A DNA stretch of 62,972 nt, filler included, from Basidiobolus ranarum (lineage: Eukaryota), in NCBI GenBank assembly GCA_040143965.1. It is 39 parts of 39 records of this genome, joined end to end, with 100 filler letters (N's around TTAATTAATTAA, not from the genome) between each part and the next. Parts side by side here need not be neighbours in the genome. Positions count along the whole stretch, not along the records: positions 61,462 to 62,972 come from JASJQH010004962.1; 38 more parts are not named here. One strand, given 5' to 3'. Made by a program: the position numbers and the translations under genes. The notes beneath the pieces are model-generated. The model was given only the letters and a program-made list of their open reading frames with translations, searched no databases and was not told the origin of the DNA. This document shows positions 61,462 through 62,972 of this stretch, piece after piece; within the stretch, counting starts at the first letter, position 1, and each line of letters starts with the position of its first letter.

Positions 61462-62972
61462 ATTGACTACAACAAGCCAATCCTTCGAAATCTCTCTGTC
61501 GCTCAACTCTATGAGCATGCCCTCAACTATGAGCCAGGAACTGTCATGTCCTCTACTGGTGCCTTGATCACTAGATCCGGACAAAAGACCGGAAGAAGCC
61601 CCAAGGACAAGCGTATTGTTCAGGAGAAGTCCACCGATGGCGAGATCTGGTGGGGACCTGTGAACATCCCAATGGAAGAAAAGGTATTCCGCGTCAATCA
61701 TGAACGTGCTGTCGACTACTTGAACACCCGCGAGAGACTCTATGTCTTTGATGGATTTGCCGGATGGGATCCAAAATACCGCATCAAGGTACGAGTAGTG
61801 TGTGCTCGTGCTTATCACGCTCTCTTCATGAGGAATATGCTCATCCGTCCAAGTGAAGAGGAGTTGGAGAACTTTGGAGAGCCAGATTTCACCATCTTCA
61901 ATGCTGGTCAGTTCCCAGCTAACAGATACACCTCTGGAATGACCAGTGCCACCAGTGTGGCCATCAGCTTTGAGAGACGCCAACTCGTCATTCTCGGTAC
62001 TCAGTATGCTGGAGAGATGAAGAAGGGAATCTTCACGGTTATGCACTACTTGATGCCCAAGACTGGTGTTCTCTCACTTCACTCAAGTGCCAATGAAGGA
62101 CCTGATGGGGATGTTTCCCTATTCTTTGGACTTTCCGGCACTGGTAAAACCACTCTCTCAGCAGATCCTCGTCGTAGTCTGATTGGTGATGACGAGCACT
62201 GCTGGAGTGACGATGGAATCTTCAACATTGAAGGTGGTTGTTACGCCAAGTGCATCGACCTTTCAGCCGATAAGGAGCCAGAGATCTTCGGGGCCATTCG
62301 CTTCGGATCAGTCCTCGAGAATGTGGTCCTTGATGATGAGACCAGAGTGGTGGACTACACTGACTCATCTATCACCGAGAACACTCGCTGTGCCTATCCA
62401 ATCGAGTACATTCCTAATGCTAAGATCCCTTGTGTCGGAGGTCATCCAAAGAACATCCTCCTCCTGACATGTGATGCTTTCGGAGTACTTCCACCTGTGG
62501 CCAAGTTGACACCCGAACAGGCAATGTACCACTTCATCTCCGGCTATACCGCAAAGATTGCAGGTACTGAGGAAGGAGTCACCGAACCACAAGCCACCTT
62601 CTCTTCATGCTTCGGTCAACCATTCTTAGCCTGGCATCCAGTCAAATATGCCTCCATGCTCGCTGAGAAGATGAAGGAGCACAACACCAACGTGTGGCTG
62701 ATCAACACCGGTTGGAATGGAGGAGCCTATGGGGTTGGTGAGCGTATCTCCATCAAGTACTCACGAGCCATCATCAATGCCATCCACTCGGGTGAGTTAG
62801 AGGGTGTAGAGTATGAGACTTACCCTGTCTTCAACTTCATGATTCCCAAGACATGCAGTGAAGTACCTGAGATCATTCTCAACCCTCTCAGCTCATGGCA
62901 AGGAACAAAGGCTGAGTTTGAAAGTACCCTTCAGAAGTTGGGAGGCTTGTTCCGAGAGAACTTCAAGACTTA
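61462..62972 (+). CDS. PCK1: Phosphoenolpyruvate carboxykinase (ATP), partial at both ends (absent from the ORF track because there is no stop)
   Basis: [81 protein letters not shown]. Confidence 0.98.
   Translation, partial: MDYNKPILRNLSVAQLYEHALNYEPGTVMSSTGALITRSGQKTGRSPKDKRIVQEKSTDGEIWWGPVNIPMEEKVFRVNHERAVDYLNTRERLYVFDGFAGWDPKYRIKVRVVCARAYHALFMRNMLIRPSEEELENFGEPDFTIFNAGQFPANRYTSGMTSATSVAISFERRQLVILGTQYAGEMKKGIFTVMHYLMPKTGVLSLHSSANEGPDGDVSLFFGLSGTGKTTLSADPRRSLIGDDEHCWSDDGIFNIEGGCYAKCIDLSADKEPEIFGAIRFGSVLENVVLDDETRVVDYTDSSITENTRCAYPIEYIPNAKIPCVGGHPKNILLLTCDAFGVLPPVAKLTPEQAMYHFISGYTAKIAGTEEGVTEPQATFSSCFGQPFLAWHPVKYASMLAEKMKEHNTNVWLINTGWNGGAYGVGERISIKYSRAIINAIHSGELEGVEYETYPVFNFMIPKTCSEVPEIILNPLSSWQGTKAEFESTLQKLGGLFRENFKT

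Noticed and set aside
61414-62046. 210-aa minus-strand ORF (and 62183-62467, 62365-62592)
   Set aside because: Antisense or off-frame shadows of the codon-biased PEPCK gene; the ORF runs into the linker.

Overview
This is not a contiguous locus. It is 39 short unplaced contigs (1525 bp falling to 1511 bp, size-sorted) joined by 38 identical 100-bp artificial linkers (N44-TTAATTAATTAA-N44), so adjacency across linkers has no biological meaning. The DNA is eukaryotic and fungal (spliceosomal intron, GH18/GH20/CBM19 chitin-active genes, ATP-PEPCK). An early-diverging fungus such as Basidiobolus is my inference only. About three quarters of the contigs are decayed, nested, almost CpG-free transposons: several Ty1/copia families (half-tRNAiMet PBS), a Tf1/sushi-type chromodomain Ty3/gypsy family, a second gypsy-like family with heat-shock-element-rich LTRs, a CCC-terminated CACTA/EnSpm family, and an IS5/PIF-Harbinger-type DDE family (TIR GACTTGTTCCAT, TAA/TTA target). 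Host-gene fragments with normal CpG content are two tandem GH18 chitinases, a GH20 hexosaminidase, a CBM19-like tail, PEPCK, and secreted or hydrophilic orphans. The strongest leads are at RNA/cis-element level: (1) the gypsy element has a self-priming PBS plus a U3/R hairpin that could mask the 3' copy of the primer; (2) it carries a -1 frameshift pseudoknot; (3) a tRNA-like unit sits inside an LTR end (Helenus-like); (4) one LTR family holds clustered perfect HSEs; (5) the CACTA element has a divergent accessory ORF and repeatedly inserts into itself. All calls come from manual reading; no database searches were run.
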